The position numbers were made by a program, and so were the translations under genes. From positions 856,188 through 920,187 of the forward strand of contig CAVWFS010000018.1 in the NCBI GenBank assembly GCA_963754315.1: a stretch of 64,000 bases of DNA. The letters run 5' to 3'. The notes beneath the pieces were generated by a model that saw nothing but the letters and a program-made list of their open reading frames with translations, searched no databases and had not been told where the DNA came from. Of the stretch, positions 63,892 through 64,000 are shown one piece after another (positions within the stretch are counted from its first letter, which is position 1; each line of letters starts with the position of its first letter). Origin of the DNA: an uncultured Candidatus Rokubacteria bacterium (GTDB lineage Bacteria > Methylomirabilota > Methylomirabilia > Rokubacteriales > CSP1-6).

Positions 63892-64000
63892 CGGCGCGTC
63901 TCTGTCGGCAGGGCGCCGAATAGTTCGCCAGGCTCAGGACCGTCCACGGACTGATCTCACTGCGTCCGAGGCATCGACGCAAGCTCGGTCCAGGAGGGCC

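Overview
The window holds two unrelated blocks of DNA. (1) Positions 1 to about 47,545 come from a high-GC diderm bacterium; by gene content and style my best guess is Ca. Rokubacteria/Methylomirabilota. This block has a tightly coupled + strand lipid A/LPS-core/ADP-heptose cluster (lpxA, GnnA-like oxidoreductase, lpxI, lpxB, DUF374 acyltransferase, waaA, lpxK, waaF, four GT4s, hldA/hldC, waaC, GT2). It continues with trpS-scpA-scpB-rluB, pheA-hisC-tyrA-cmk-plsC-rpsA-sppA-ihfB, HIT-mutS-mutL-miaA-hflX, pgsA-DUF512 radical SAM-der, ihfA-merR-tRNA-Pro, surE-pcm-tRNA-Pro-acyP-nlpD-rpoS-like and tRNA-Arg(CCT). Just downstream of tRNA-Arg an integrated element begins. Its large serine recombinase reads antisense into the tRNA and takes its stop codon from the T-arm. 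It is preceded by small ORFs and a leaderless XRE regulator with a perfect 18-bp palindromic promoter/operator, and the region also carries a patatin-like lipoprotein. (2) From about 47,548 to the end the DNA is actinobacterial (Geodermatophilaceae-like). It contains a truncated MFS gene, a circularly permuted ATP-grasp/alpha-E/transglutaminase operon, ABC-F, a group-2 mrp operon, a VOC protein, leuA with a Leu-rich leader peptide attenuator, and another MFS gene. The junction cuts an MFS gene mid-ORF, and indel frameshifts become dense after about 43.1 kb. A chimeric, low-coverage long-read contig end is therefore the most likely explanation. I saw no CRISPR array or rRNA. All calls come from reading motifs by eye; no database searches were run.
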